A stretch of DNA of 64,000 nt from NCBI RefSeq assembly GCF_009914755.1, contig NC_060926.1, one strand, 5' to 3'. This document shows positions 1 through 14,908 of the stretch, one piece after another. Origin of the DNA: the human T2T-CHM13v2.0 reference genome, Homo sapiens. The notes below the pieces were generated by a model. It was not told where the DNA came from. It worked only from the letters and a program-made list of their open reading frames with translations, and did no database searches. The first letter of the stretch is position 1; each line of letters begins with the position of its first letter. The translations under genes were made by a program, and so were the position numbers.

Positions 1-1009
1 CTCTCCAGAGCTGTGTCTCCCTGCGCCTACCTTGGGGAGGCTTGGCACTCAGTGCCAGCTGTGCGTGCCTCATCCACACATCCCATCACGCACGAGGTTC
101 TGCCAACACTGCCTCCTGGGTGTCTCCCCAATCTGGGCGTTTTTCTTATCCTCCCAGAACCCGCCTGCCATGACCCCCTTCACCCCCAGCCTGCTCTGCC
201 CTTGGTCTCCTTTTGCGCCTTTCAGTCTTTCCAGCAAGTGTTGCCAGATGCTTCCTGAACACAAGTCTGATCTCGCCGCCCTCTTCGCCAACCCTCCACA
301 TCTCCTGCAGCACGGAGATGCACCACACCCTCTCCGATGCTTTCCTGGGCTCTGAGGACGGACGAGGAAGTGGTGTCCCCGTTGCCCCTTTTCTATTCCC
401 TTCCCTCGCACGCACTGCAGTTGCTGGGCCGCTGTCCCGACTTACCGGCAAACCCTGAGCTCTGATCCCTGCAGCCAGCGCCCTGCACAGCTGGCAACAC
501 ACAGCGCCTGGTGTGCGAAGCAGAGTCGCCTCCGTCCTGGCTGTCCAGCTCCAGCCTAGGTGCCATTAGGATCTCCCTCTGCCTCCCTCGTCCCTGCATC
601 GTCCCCCAGGCTGGATGTGGCCCCCAGCTGCCAGCATCAGGAGAGCAGCCTGGGCCTCAGAGCAGCAGAGTGTGGCTGTTGTCCTGGCTCTGCCATGCCG
701 GGCCGTGTCATTTTCATAGCCAGATAAGAGAATGCATGTGAACGTGCTTTGTGAATCAAGGCTGCATTTTATTGCAATGTAAACCACTCTCTGCAGGGGC
801 GTGTGTGGTTTCATTTTAGCAAAGCTCACTGAAGTCTGTGTTCCATCCTCTGGTTTCTATCTATTCTGAATTGGGGGAACGTTACATCTGCTTCGCAAAA
901 CAAGACTAGGAGTTCCTGGCAGGGAAGTCCTTGGTTCTAAGGAGGCAGGTGGCGTCACTGCGGGACAGAGTGTTATCTGCGTGCGATAGAAAGTCCTTCC
1001 CGCCACCAC

Positions 1010-1363
<354 letters not shown>

Positions 1364-2269
1364 TTAGTTCCTGCAATGGTGGGTTATAACTGATCATGAA
1401 GTCCTAATAGTGTGTAAACATGTCCATGAAAAAGAATTGCTGAGTTAAATCAGGTTGCCTGTTTCTTTTCCCAGTTTTTCCCTATGTACTTGTTTGATGT
1501 CTGCTGGTTGGGTTGGTGGTCAGTGGTGATAACCAGCAGACAGGTAGGAGCAGTTGCTGAGGGCTTAACACTTTGCGGGAGGGAGCACTGAGAAACTCCA
1601 CCCTCTGGCTTAGTTTGTTCTAGGGACTGGGTGACAGCGGCATTCTTCAGGCTTGGTCCAGTGATCAGAGAGACAATCCCGTGGGATCTTGGTGTCCCTC
1701 TTGCTATGAATGAGAGAAGGGTGGGGGACACACACCACCCCACACCACCACTGCACACACCTAAGCTGGGGACAGGGGCCAGCAGGTCACGGGGATCAGG
1801 CATTCTGCTGTAGAGCAGGTCAGGTCGGGAGGCATCTGATGAAGTGTCCTAGGACCCTCCTCCCTGGCTCAAGTTCACACACCCGAGAGGAGCCAGGGGC
1901 TTTTCCACCTGCCACCCACCCACCAGACCGTGTTCCTGACAGTGCCAGTTATGTCCATGCTTACAGAGTTGTGGGTGCGTGGTTTGGTGGGGTGCAGGAG
2001 TAGGAGCTGGGAGGCACTGCCTTGCTGGGATGGAGGAAAGACGAGCTCTCGTCTCACACAGGCACGGAGGGGATGGACCGTGGTTGAGTTTGGAACTTAG
2101 GGATGCCCCGTTCAGCCCCTCCATTCTATAGTGTGTATGACTTCTGGGGGAAGTGTATCTTCCTTTGGAAGCTGTATCAACAGGCGACCTGCCTGTGACA
2201 GTCACATACGTGACCTTGAAGAGATGTAGAGCTGTCTTTCTTAGTCTCTTCTATGTGCCTGTGATGTAG

Positions 2270-2479
<210 letters not shown>

Positions 2480-3629
2480 TAGGGTCAGCGTCTGGATACC
2501 CTGAGAATAATTGTAGCCTGAATTGTCTCGTCTGGTGCTCTTATTTATATTCGGTGCATGGTAGATAAGAAATCTACTGCAGTACTTCCATTTTTGGGGT
2601 GCTTGGAGCTAGTTGCTGGCTCTGTGCTTACAGGGTGCGGTGAAGCGCTCCCCATTCTGCAGGATTTTCACAGCGCCCCAGGATGGAGGGGCTGCAGCTA
2701 GTGTGCTTGGGCAAGACTCTGGCTGTGTAGCCACAATGTCCTTAACAAGTTTGGTAACAGACTTAGAGCCTCACGTAAGGAGCGGACGCACCCTGCTCTG
2801 GAGGCACGGCATCTGTTCCCCCAGCTCAGGTCTCAGGTATTTCGAGGTGATGGGATGGTTCTTGGTGAGAACAGGGTGTGGGATGGCAGCAGCGGGTGTG
2901 GGCAGCAACTATGGTGCCAGCACCTGGGCTCAGTCTGCACCTGCGGGTTCTAATTGCACCGTCTCCGCTGCTGCATTTGGCTGCACGGCCGTGGTAAGGC
3001 GGGCAGATCAGCTGCGCCTCCCGTGATGAGAGACTGAGGCCAGGACAGGCAAGGGGTTGCTCAGAAGGTGCTGCTCCTATGCGCCCCCGCCCCCCGCCAT
3101 CTGGTCAGTGGACGTCTTTGGAGCGCCTGGCTTGTTCCAGGTCTATGCTGGGCTCTGGGGGACGAAGTCGGTGGGAGGGCAAGGAGCTGGCCGTCCCTGA
3201 GCTCTTCAGGTGTGGACTCATGAAGTCTCCTTGGGGTCCCGCACAGTGTAGCAATGCGGCTAAGCTGCCCTGAGCACTGGCGGTGGAGGGAGTCTGCTGT
3301 GGTCTGTCCAATTCAGGGGCCAGGTTCTTCTACCTCATTCATCTGCCTCGGAGCAGGTTGGCCCAGGTACCAAGAGGCTACGGTCTGGGGTTTGAGCTGT
3401 GAGGGGGTTCTCATGGTTTGTTCTGATCCATGGTCACAGACCTCCCCCTAGCCCAGCCTGTACCTGGTAGAAAGGGCTCTGTGGCCAGGAGAGCGATGGG
3501 GAGGGGCCTAGCTCAGCTGCGGGCCTCCCCTGGAAAACCCGTGAGAGGCACCTTCCCTGCCACGGCCAATGCAGTGAAGAGCACGCAGAGAACCACAGGA
3601 TCTGGAGGGAGGCGTGGGCTTCACAAACC

Positions 3630-4095
3630 CAAATAACATCATGGTAAAATACTTATATCCCCAAACTTGCCATTTTAAGTATTTTAAGTGTACAATTCAG
3701 GGACATTGAGTACATTTGCAATGGTGTACAGCCATTACCACTATTTCCAAACCCTTTTCATCTCTCCAAAGAGAGACTCTTCCCACTAACCAGTGGCTCC
3801 CCATTCCTCCTCCCCCAGCCCCGGTAACCTCCAATCTACTTCCTGTCTCTGAATTTGCCTATTCTAGATATTTCACATATGTGGAATAACAATGTTTGTC
3901 CTTCTGTGTCTAGTTGATTTCACTTGGTGTAGTGTTTTCAGGGTTCACCTGTGTGGTAGCGTGGGTCAGAATCCCCTGCCTTTTTAGGGAATAATATTCC
4001 ACCATATGGATGGACCACAATTATTGTCCATTCACCTGTCGATGGACACATGGGTTCTTTCCACCTGTTGCCTTTTGTGAATAACGCCACATTGC
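3630..4095 (-). mobile_element. Old L1 (L1MB-like) 3' fragment
   Basis: Resembles the L1M 3' UTR reverse complement (tttaagtgtacaattcag...ttgcctattctagatatttcacat). Confidence 0.75.
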
Positions 4096-4459
4096 GTATT
4101 GACTCACACATGGGGATGTGTATACTTTTACCATGCGGTGTGTGCTCTGGGCAGATTCCGGCATCTCCTAAGGGGCAGCTGGTCCAGGCTGGCCTTGTTT
4201 GGCTTTGCTTATTTGATTTGCTTCGTGTCTGAGATTGTCATCCTGGGTTCTGGTCAAGCTGTGCTTTCATTTCCAAGCTCCCGATGCTGATAAAGGAACA
4301 CAGAGGAATCAGGTGGGTGGAGACTGCGAAACTCCTTCCCTCCTTATGCGAATGGAATTGGAATCTACTGAAGTCTTTTCTCAGAGGCATTTGGGGCCTC
4401 TCTGTGAGAATAAAGAGAATGCATTAGAACTTATTTCTATTAAGTCACATGACTTAATT

Positions 4460-4620
4460 TTAGAGCAGCTAGAAAGCCCTGTTGCCATCATTTTGTTCAA
4501 CCCCCTTGTTTTGGACGTTGAGGAGAACTGAGGGGCAGGGTGGTGAGGTGGCTTGTCCCATCTAACTGGAGGTTGGGTCCAGGCCAGGATGGAGCCCAGG
4601 CTCCTGGCATCTGGGCCCTC
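4460..4620 (-). mobile_element. MIR fragment
   Basis: Degenerate core (gaggagaactgaggggcag...gtggcttgtcc). Confidence 0.5.
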
Positions 4621-5111
4621 CAGGACACCAGGCTGCTACGAGCAGGGATGGGAAGGACCTTGAGCCAGGGCAGGAAGGAGTGCACCGACTCTTGGATTAG
4701 ATGAGCTCTCAGGCCTGCGTGGCGCTCCCATCATGCTCCGTCTGGATTTTCCTGCTGTCATGAGAGAGGTCGGGTGCTGCTGTTGGGAGGAGTGGCCACT
4801 CACTCATGGCACCAGGGATTCATGAGGCGATGTCTGCAGAGTGTTCTATCAGATATCCTGGATTTTCCAGAACTGATTTAAAGAATGATCACTCGATAAT
4901 CCCTGTCACCCCATGACATGTATATGGTTCGTATCACATAAATAGTGCCGGAAGCAGGAATTACCTGCAGAATGGGGCTCCGGTACTTTGTAGCAACAAG
5001 AGGGCCTGGGATAAATCCGCGAGACAAATCACATTTTCAGTCTTGATGTTTTTAACACATAGAACATGTCCATCTCTGCCTGGTGACTTGGACCTTGTTT
5101 TTTATTTTCAG

Positions 5112-5165
5112 GTGAGAAAGGAGATTCCGGTGACATAGGACCCCCTGGTCCTAATGGAGAACCAG
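5112..5165 (+). CDS. COLEC11: COLEC11 collagen-domain exon (54 nt, phase 1-1): (G)EKGDSGDIGPPGPNGEP(G)
   Basis: ttttcAG acceptor, GTatgg donor, Gly-X-Y in frame with the flanking exons. Confidence 0.97.
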
Positions 5166-5227
5166 GTATGGCATAAAGGGTCCAAGGATTTTTAATAAAA
5201 TGTATTAAAAATTGCACTTTTGAAAAC

Positions 5228-6037
5228 AATGTAGATCTACACCATGTAGATCCCACAGTGGACACCCACCCCTGTCACATCCCACAGTGGACACCCACCC
5301 CCGTCACATCCCACAGTGGACACCCACCCCCGTCACATCCCACGGTGGACACCCACCCCCGTCACATCCCACGGTGGACACCCACCCCCGTCACATCCCA
5401 CGGTGGACACCCACCCACCATGTAGATCCCACAGTGGACACCCACCCCCGTCGCATCCCACAGCGGACACCCACCCCCGTCACATCCCACAGCGGACACC
5501 CACCCCCGTCACATCCCACGGTGGACACCCACCCCCGTCACATCCCACGGTGGACACCCACCCCCGTCACATCCCACGGTGGACACCCACCCACCATGTA
5601 GATCCCACAGTGGACACCCACCCCCGTCACATCCCACAGCGGACACCCACCCCCGTCACATCCCACGGCGGACACCCACCCCCGTCACATCCCATGGCGG
5701 ACACCCACCCCCGTCACATCCCACGGCGGACACCCACCCCCGTCACATCCCACGGCGGACACCCACCCCCGTCACATCCCACGGCGGACACCCACCCCCG
5801 TCACATCCCACGGCGGACACCCACCCCCGTCACATCCCACGGCGGACACCCACCCACCATGTAGACCCCACGGTGGACACCCACCCACCATGTAGACCCC
5901 ACGGTGGACACCCACCCACCATGTAGACCCCACGGTGGACACCCACCCACCATGTAGACCCCACGGTGGACACCCACCCACCATGTAGACCCCACGGTGG
6001 ACACCCACCCACCATGTAGACCCCACGGTGGATCCCA
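5228..6037. repeat. Minisatellite, 29-bp unit (gtggacacccacccccgtcacatcccacr) mixed with a 31-bp variant (gtggacacccacccaccatgtagayccca)
   Basis: About 27 tandem units read directly. Confidence 0.97.
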
Positions 6038-8313
6038 TTCGGAAGGTGCTTTCCGAGAAGGATCTGACTCTTGGATACCAGGGAGAAAAGAGAGGGGCTG
6101 GATTTCTGAATAAAAGTCCTTGTTTTAAAAGCTCCTTCGGCACCGCAGAGATGAGGAGGAACGGCTGCTTGGAAGGTGTGCTTGCCGGTGTGACTTGGCT
6201 GAGTGTGAGTGCGCTGAGATCAGTGTCACTGACTGGCCGAGCAGCATCCGCTCAGGGCACCTCCAGGCACTCAGCCAACCTGAGGGGCCCGGACAAAGCC
6301 TCTGGGAGACAGAAGGACCTGGAGGCAGGTGACGGCGGGGCAAGGAGAGGGGACGTCCCATCCCGGGGCTGAGCTGCTATCGTCAGGCCTAGCTTGGTCA
6401 GAGTTTGGAGGTTAAATGAGGAAAGGAATCCATCCACTTCCCCTGACAGGGATCTCTCCAGAAAGCCTCTATTACCTCAAACCTCAGCCAGCTTGAAGAT
6501 AAAATATATTTAACAAATTTTATCTTAGATAAAACTTCCATTAAGAAAACCCCCAAAACCAAGGCAAACCCCAAGAAAGATCGAGTTTCAAATGTGCAAG
6601 TGTGAGTGGAGGGGGGGTGTCTCACGTATGAGGGCGAGGAAGGTGGTTTGGGCTCTACGTGATTGCCGACGTCCAGAAAGAGGGATTGAACTTCTACAGG
6701 ATATGCCAGACTGCAGGGTGGGCTGAGACTCTGCCCAGTGGAAACTGTGGGAAAAGGCGTAAAGCCCACCCGCACGCCGCAGCGATGGGGGTGGATGGTG
6801 AGGTGCTGGGCAGGCCCAGGCTCCGATCCTGGGGACAGGCAGAGGCTGCTGGGCCACGGGGAGCCCCGGCACCACGGAGGCGATGACCAGGTGTCACTCT
6901 TCACAGGAAGAAGGTTAGGGTCCGTCCAGGGACTAGGAACAAACTCGCAGCCGGAGGGAATCGGTTGGCAGAACTGGGAGGGCGGAGTGTAGCTCAGTTG
7001 ATTAGCGAGAGAAGACTTAGGACAGCTGCGTGTTCTGGACACCGTGCCGTCTGCGAGGCATCAGAGGGACTTCCCGCCTAGCCACAGGGGCACAGATACT
7101 CGATTTTGGAGCCCAGACTGTCTGCCTGGGCCCAGATCTCAGGCTCTCCATGCCCCGTGGCTCTCAGTGATGTCAGATGTGATGCAGGGATAGGAGCAGC
7201 ACGCGTGTGGTCACAGGCGTATGGGAACGGAATGAGCTCATTGAGAATGAGATCTGTTGCCAGAAAGGCCTGTGAGGTGTTCCCTGTTATTTCAGTGTGG
7301 GAGGTGGCTTCCCACCATGGCTCTGCGTCCCACCCATGTCCCTCTCATCAGGCCACTTGTGTTGCTCACTCTTGTGTGTCAGGACAGACACCGGCTTCAT
7401 CCCTCCCTCCCTATCAGCTCCCTTTCACCACCGTTTCAATATATGCAAGCAATTCTTGTCTTAAAGCAAAACGACTGCAAAGCCGCAGAGCTCCTCTCTA
7501 GCGGCCTCACGTGTGCAGCTCCCCAGAGTTCTGTACCCCGGGCCCCTGTCTTTCCCTCCACATTCCTGCCGCATCATCCAGCTGGGACAGCCCTTGATCG
7601 CTAGGTGGTGGGTCTGAGGGCCGCTCCAGCCATCCTCCCACCAGACCATGGCAGCACCTGTCCTGTGGGCGCGGCCTGCCTTCCTCACTTCCTCCCAGGC
7701 CTCACCCACGGCCTGCAGGTGCTCCTGGTGATGCTGCTCTGTCCTCCCTCCCTGAGCCGTCCCTCACGCCCTGTGTGTGCCCACGATGCCCAGCTCTGCC
7801 CTGGCCCCCACTCCCCACCTGACATGTCACAGGCACCTGAGTGTTGGCAGATTCCACCTCCTTTGCCCAGCCAGCAATGGAATGGCCCCACCACCTCTTC
7901 CATTCCTGACAGACGCCACTGCGCCCTTCAGCTCCCCTCAGCCCTGCAGTGCCCCCAAGCCATGGAGGCCTGCTGGCCATCCCCACCATCTTCCTCAGAT
8001 GTTCTAGCTTTTCTCACTGCACGCCCTCAGCCAGACCTGCTTCCCTGGTTCCCAACCCTGCCCTGGGCTGCTTCCCACCCCTGCACCTCCATTTCTCTTC
8101 CCCCTACAGCTGGAGAGGTTTGAAATACATGTGTCTGCCCTCCCTCCACTCCTGTGGAGGTCCTTCCCTGCTCCCCCTGCCTTTAGGATGAAGTGGGTGA
8201 TGGTTATTGCGGCCTCAAAGGCCCGTGGGGCACGTTTGTTGAGTAAAATGTGCATTTCCGGGGAGGGGTCCTCGCCTCTCTTCTGAGTCCGAGTCCTCAT
8301 CCAGCGTTTGTAA

Positions 8314-9010
<697 letters not shown>

Positions 9011-9345
9011 GCCTCAGGCTGGGGCTGCCCATTGGGGGCCCCACATGTCCCTGCAGGGTTGGCAGGGACAGAGCCCAGACCATGGTGCCAGCCAGGGAGC
9101 TGTCCCTCTGTGAAGGGTGGAGGCTCACTGAGTAGAGGGCTGTTGTCTAAACTGAGAAAATGGCCTATGCTTAAGAGGAAAATGAAAGTGTTCCTGGGGT
9201 GCTGTCTCTGAAGAAGCAGAGTTTCATTACCTGTATTGTAGCCCCAATGTCATTATGTAATTATTACCCAGAATTGCTCTTCCATAAAGCTTGTGCCTTT
9301 GTCCAAGCTATACAATAAAATCTTTAAGTAGTGCAGTAGTTAAGT
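9011..9345 (+). other. COLEC11: COLEC11 3' UTR (3' end approximate)
   Basis: Lies between the stop codon and the AATAAA; cleavage site inferred. Confidence 0.8.
9314..9319 (+). terminator. COLEC11 polyadenylation signal AATAAA
   Basis: First AATAAA after the stop, with upstream TGTA motifs (9232-9260). Confidence 0.85.
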
Positions 9346-9596
9346 CCAAATAGTGGCAATGGGGTCTTGAATTACTACCTTTTAATTTCTATATGGAAAA
9401 GAACTCACTTTGACCAACACTTCTGTAAATTACATTACAATATAGGTTCCTTCACACTATTATCCATGTAAAAACAATTTTGCTTTGCTTCAAACCCAGA
9501 TTTCAGGAAAACAACAACAAAATTCTCCAAACTTTACTACTAAATGTGTGGAGTCATTTTGTTCTCTTAATTTTTTCAATAGCTGTATTAGTTATC

Positions 9597-9730
9597 TTTT
9601 ATTTTAATTAACTTTTGTAGAGGTGAGGTCTTGCTATGTGGCCCAGGCTGGCCTTGAACTCCTGGGCTCAAGCGATCCTCCCACCTCTCCTGAATAGCTG
9701 GGACTGCAGGCAGGAGCCACCACACCCGGC
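9597..9730 (-). mobile_element. FLAM/Alu monomer
   Basis: Single Alu arm flanked by near-duplicate tgtat(t/g)agttat. Confidence 0.8.
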
Positions 9731-9731
9731 T

Positions 9732-10650
9732 TGTATGAGTTATTTATTGCTGCCTAACAAATTACCCCAAAACTCAGTGGCCTAAGAAAGATTGATTACG
9801 TCCCAGATCAGGAATCGGCACAGGGCTTAGCTCAGTCTTCTACTTCAGGGCCTCTCCCAAGCTGGAACCAAGGTCACTCCTCGTGTGGTTTGTGCAGAGC
9901 TCAGGTCCTCCTGGGTTGTTGGATGGAGGGCCTCAGTTTCCCACCAGCTGTGGGTCACAGGCTCCCGCAGTTCCCTGTCACAGGGGCCCTTCCCCTGGGC
10001 TGCCCACAACATGACAGCACCTTCCTCAGAGCAGCCCAGGAGAAGAGCCGAAGAGAGAAGCCGCAGCCTTTCCTAAGCTCACCTGGACATATCCTGCTGT
10101 CTGCATCCATTTGCGTTGCCACAAAGGAAAACCCGAGGCTGGGCAACAGATCAACAAAGAGGTTTATTTGGCTCACGGTTCTGCAGGCAGCACCAGAAGC
10201 GTGGTGCCAGCATCTGCTCCTGGTGAGGCCTCAGGCTGCGTCCACTCTCAAGTGGAGGGGGAGGGAGAGCCGGCACTCACAGAGATCACATGGGGAGAGG
10301 GAAGCCACGAAGAAAGAGAGGGAGGTGCCGGGCTGTTCTGCATAATCAATCAGCTTAGGGAACTAGCAGAGTGAGAACTTGCTCACTAGGGTAAGGACTG
10401 AGGACAGCACCCAAGATACTCATGAGGGTTCCGCTCCCGACCCAAACACCTATTTGGCCCCACCTCCACCATGAGGGTCACATTTCAACATGAGATCTGG
10501 AGAGGCCCAACAGCAAACCACAGCACGTGCCTTCCCTCTGTGGTGCTCTACCAGCTTGAGGCGAGGCACCGGGTGCAGCCCATACATGGGGGTGAATACC
10601 AGGGGGTGGGGACCACTGGGGGTCAGTTCAGAAGCTGCCTGCCACAGTAC
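9732..10650. mobile_element. MaLR LTR (MLT1-type) interrupted by an MSTB-like LTR at ~10098-10522
   Basis: MLT1 start (ttattgctgcctaacaaattaccccaaaac); MST signature gaggtttatttggctcacggttctgcagg. Confidence 0.7.
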
Positions 10651-10816
10651 CTCATGGTTTTTTTTTTTTTGTATTTCAGAATCCCAATAAAAATAACAAG
10701 TATCTTCATTTTTAAAATAGAACACACGTACATGTACATTCCCTCCCAGCTGGTGTTGTGGGGCGAGAGGGAGCTGTGGAGCTGGCTCCCAGGGGTGGGT
10801 GTATTTGTGCACATCC

Positions 10817-11332
10817 TGTGAGGGAGGCCCCGACGGCCCTTTGTTCTAAGTTATCTATTCTGGGTGTTTGTACAGTGAAATGCCTTGGAAGATAAAGATA
10901 GTGTCTCCCTTCCCTGTCTCCCCACCGGAGAAAAGGGCAGGTTTGCCCGCAGCCTTGGAAAATAGAGTGTCTCGTTCTGTGGCAACAGGCAGGCATGGTT
11001 ACTGTCCAGCATAATAAAGATGATGTCTCCCTCCAGGAAAGAGTGCAGGCATGTGTACTACCTGCTAGAGAAGAACCGGGTTCCCTAGGCTCAAGGGTCC
11101 TCCCTGTAACGGACCCACTGCATGTGCGGGTGCTGTCTGCCTTCTTCCTGAACCCCTGAAGGGAGTGGAGCCCAGGATACTGGTGCAGAAATGCCAATAC
11201 CCCAGCTATGGCTGTTGCTGTAAGTAACAAAGTCCTTTATCTCTGACCCAGAAGTCTCATGTCTTCAGCCAGCACCCATGAACCTGGGACTGTAAGTAGG
11301 GTAAAATCTCAGGCCTTTCACAGTTCTTGACA
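10817..11332 (+). mobile_element. Solo ERV LTR (family uncertain, MER68/MER77-like)
   Basis: TG...CA ends, internal duplicated aaagat..tgtctccct, LTR-like poly(A) region. Confidence 0.5.
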
Positions 11333-12367
11333 GGAATTTCTTGATATCTCCTTGAATTTAATTCTCATCTCATTGGAAGGACATAGCAAACAAGTTTATT
11401 CCGGACCTGAGTGGTCCCTGGTTTGTTTGGATGGGAAGAGGAGCACCTTGTCTTCATGGAGCAGGTTCCAGGGAATGATGTACAGCTGGAGAAGCAGGTG
11501 CCGCTGCCTCGCCTGCTGGAAGGGAGCCCGTCAGAGCGACCAGGCTTTTGCTTCATTGGCGCAGACTCTGTGTATGAGAGATGGAGTCTTCCTACTGGTG
11601 CGTATATCCTTCTGGTGCTTACAAGCTACTGCAGCCATTAACTCACCCCTCTATCTGCTCACCCATGCATTCATTTACTAAGCAGTCAGTTTGAATATTT
11701 CTCCGTTTCTGACTCTGTCAGACCCATGGTTTTCTGTGTGGCAGTTCCAACAATGCCTGGAGTATAGCTGAAGAATTGGGGGATGCTGCTGTGTTTGTGT
11801 GTTGGGGGGCCAGGCTGTGTGTGGGGAGGGTTGTCACTGATGCTGGTCATCTCACTGAATGGGCAAGTCCTCAGTGGTCCCCACTTCTGGTCTCACAGGC
11901 TGTGCCCTGCTGTCCATCATCCCCGTGAGGACGCAGAGCCACTCCCTCAGCCCCCGCACCCCTCATCCCCCCATTGCCTCTGAACTCTCTGGTTCGCTGA
12001 GGTGGCCTTGAAATATAGGGCCCCAGACAGGCTGCAGGGGTTGCGCGTGTGATGACACAGGGACCATGTGAATGTAATTGGTAATATGTTCAACGCGACA
12101 CACACATACGTCTAAGAAGCAAAAATCCTCCTTTTCTTCAGTCAACTTTGCTCTAGTTGAGGGTCAGTCTTTCTAGGCCTTTTTCAAGAGCATGCACACA
12201 CTCACACACACACATACACACACGATTAAAACATATCTGGAGAATGCCTCGGGGGTGGGCATTCTTTCTCACCTTCTTCATCAGCAACCTGTCTCGGGGC
12301 AATTCCCATGCTGCCCATGGGGCCTGCCTGCTTCTCCCATCCTGCCGCAGAGTATTCCAGAGTGTGG

Positions 12368-12796
12368 CCGCTGGGGGTTACTCACCCATCCTCTCCCGAT
12401 GCCGCTGGGGGTCGCTCACCCATCTTCTCCTGATGCCCCTGGGGGTCGCTCACCCATCTTCTCCTGATGCCCCTGGGGGTCGCTCACCCGTCCTCTCCTG
12501 ATGCCCCTGGGGGTCACTCACCCGTCCTCTCCTGATGCCCCTGGGGGTCGCTCACCCGTCCTCTCCTGATGCCCCTGGGGGTCGCTCACCCGTCCTCTCC
12601 TGATGCCCCTGGGGGTCGCTCACCCGTCCTCTCCTGATGCCCCTGGGGGTTGCTCACACATCCTCTCCTGATGCCCCTGGGGGTAACTCACACATCCTCT
12701 CCTGATGGACACTAGCGTTGTCTCAGCCTTCACTCCCTGGTGATCACTAACGCATCCTCTCCTGATGGACACTAGCGTTGTCTCAGCCTTCACTCT
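12368..12796. repeat. Minisatellite, 34-bp unit (gatgcccctgggggtcgctcacccgtcctctcct) x~10, ending in a 60-bp-period duplication
   Basis: Read directly. Confidence 0.95.
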
Positions 12797-13789
12797 CGCA
12801 ACCCAGCTGCGGTCAGGCTCCTTGACTGCACCTTGATGTGCGCCGGTGAGACCCTATCTGTAGGGGAGAAACAGACCTGGAGGTTGAATGGCTGCACTTA
12901 CAAATTTGATAACCAATCCAATGCCAAGTCTGGGCCTGTGAGTTACAGGCAGGAGAGGAGAGACCAGGCTCTGCTGATGATGGTGCAGTGGGCAGGTGTG
13001 GGGCAATGGGCAGTGGGTGTCCTGGGGACAGCAGCGCCAGGGAGCCCGGCAGCCCTGGCAGCCTCTCCCACTCCTGTGCTAGTGATGAGTCTGGGCCCTC
13101 AGGATGGGAGCAGGAGAGCTCTTTGGCCTAGAGAGGTTTGTCCTCTTTTCCATTTCTCCCCCCATTAAGGAGCAGAGGTAATTATTTTAATGGATGAGTC
13201 TTATTCATTATGTGGAGTGGCTTCTCCCTGACACGTCTTCCAGTCACACAGGAAAGCATGTCTTCCCATCTGTCTTTGATGAGGCTTTCACATGCTCGAG
13301 GCTGCTCTGCCCAGGCTGGGGGAGCCAAGACGCTCCTGACACTGGCAAAGCTCTCGTGCACACATAGGGTGTCAGCTCTGTGCATGTGAGGCTGGCTGGC
13401 TCTTCCTCACCTGCACGGCGGCATCCACTGCCCACAAAGCCTCCCTGGCTGCCCCAGGTCCACCAGTCCTGGAGGTGCTGCTGGCCTCGGGGATCCTGCA
13501 GGGTCTGGGGTGCTGCCCACAGAGTGGGTGGAGACTCTGCTTCCATGTGCGGACTCCTGGCCACAGGGAAGGCCTGCCAGCTGGGCCTCCATTCCCCTAG
13601 GGCTGCCCACAGCATCTTTGTCCAAGTGTCCACGGGGCTGTAGGCTGTCCACTGCCCCCCATTCTCTGCTCCAACACCAACCCCTGTCCTCCTGCAAATC
13701 CATGTGGGCAGACGGCCGCCTCTTCCACCAGCGCATCACACGACCCGCTGTGTCCCAGGCTGGGACACGACTTCAAGTGACAGTGTGAT

Positions 13790-13940
13790 CTTCATGAAGT
13801 TACAGAAACATCCTAAGCCTCAGTTTCCTCATTGGTGGAGTGAATGATTTTCATGCCTCCCACTGGGGCCTTGTGAGGATTACATGACACGATGTGTGTA
13901 GGGCGGTCGGCGTGGCAGAGTACTGGGTGTTGAGTACTGA
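13790..13940 (+). mobile_element. MIR fragment
   Basis: aagcctcagtttcctcat...ttgtgaggatta core. Confidence 0.7.
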
Positions 13941-13996
13941 GTACCTGGCCCCGTAGAGAAGCCTGGGTGCCAGGCAGTGGTGAACATAGCCCAGGA

Positions 13997-14908
<912 letters not shown>

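Noticed and set aside
5228-6037. CRISPR-like appearance of the ~30-bp repeats (also 12368-12796 and 36362-37317)
   Set aside because: Head-to-tail units without unique spacers, in primate DNA, with no cas genes
5287-6143. Long Pro/His/Thr-rich ORFs on both strands
   Set aside because: Translations of the 29/31-bp VNTR; no splice or start context
6398-8123. ORFs of 130-214 aa in the COLEC11 intron
   Set aside because: GC-rich, low-complexity translations with no recognisable domain; many begin at non-ATG codons
12430-12690. Possible tandem CTCF sites in the 34-bp VNTR (CCCCCAGGGGCATC on the minus strand)
   Set aside because: One G short of the AGRKGGC core spacing; poor match
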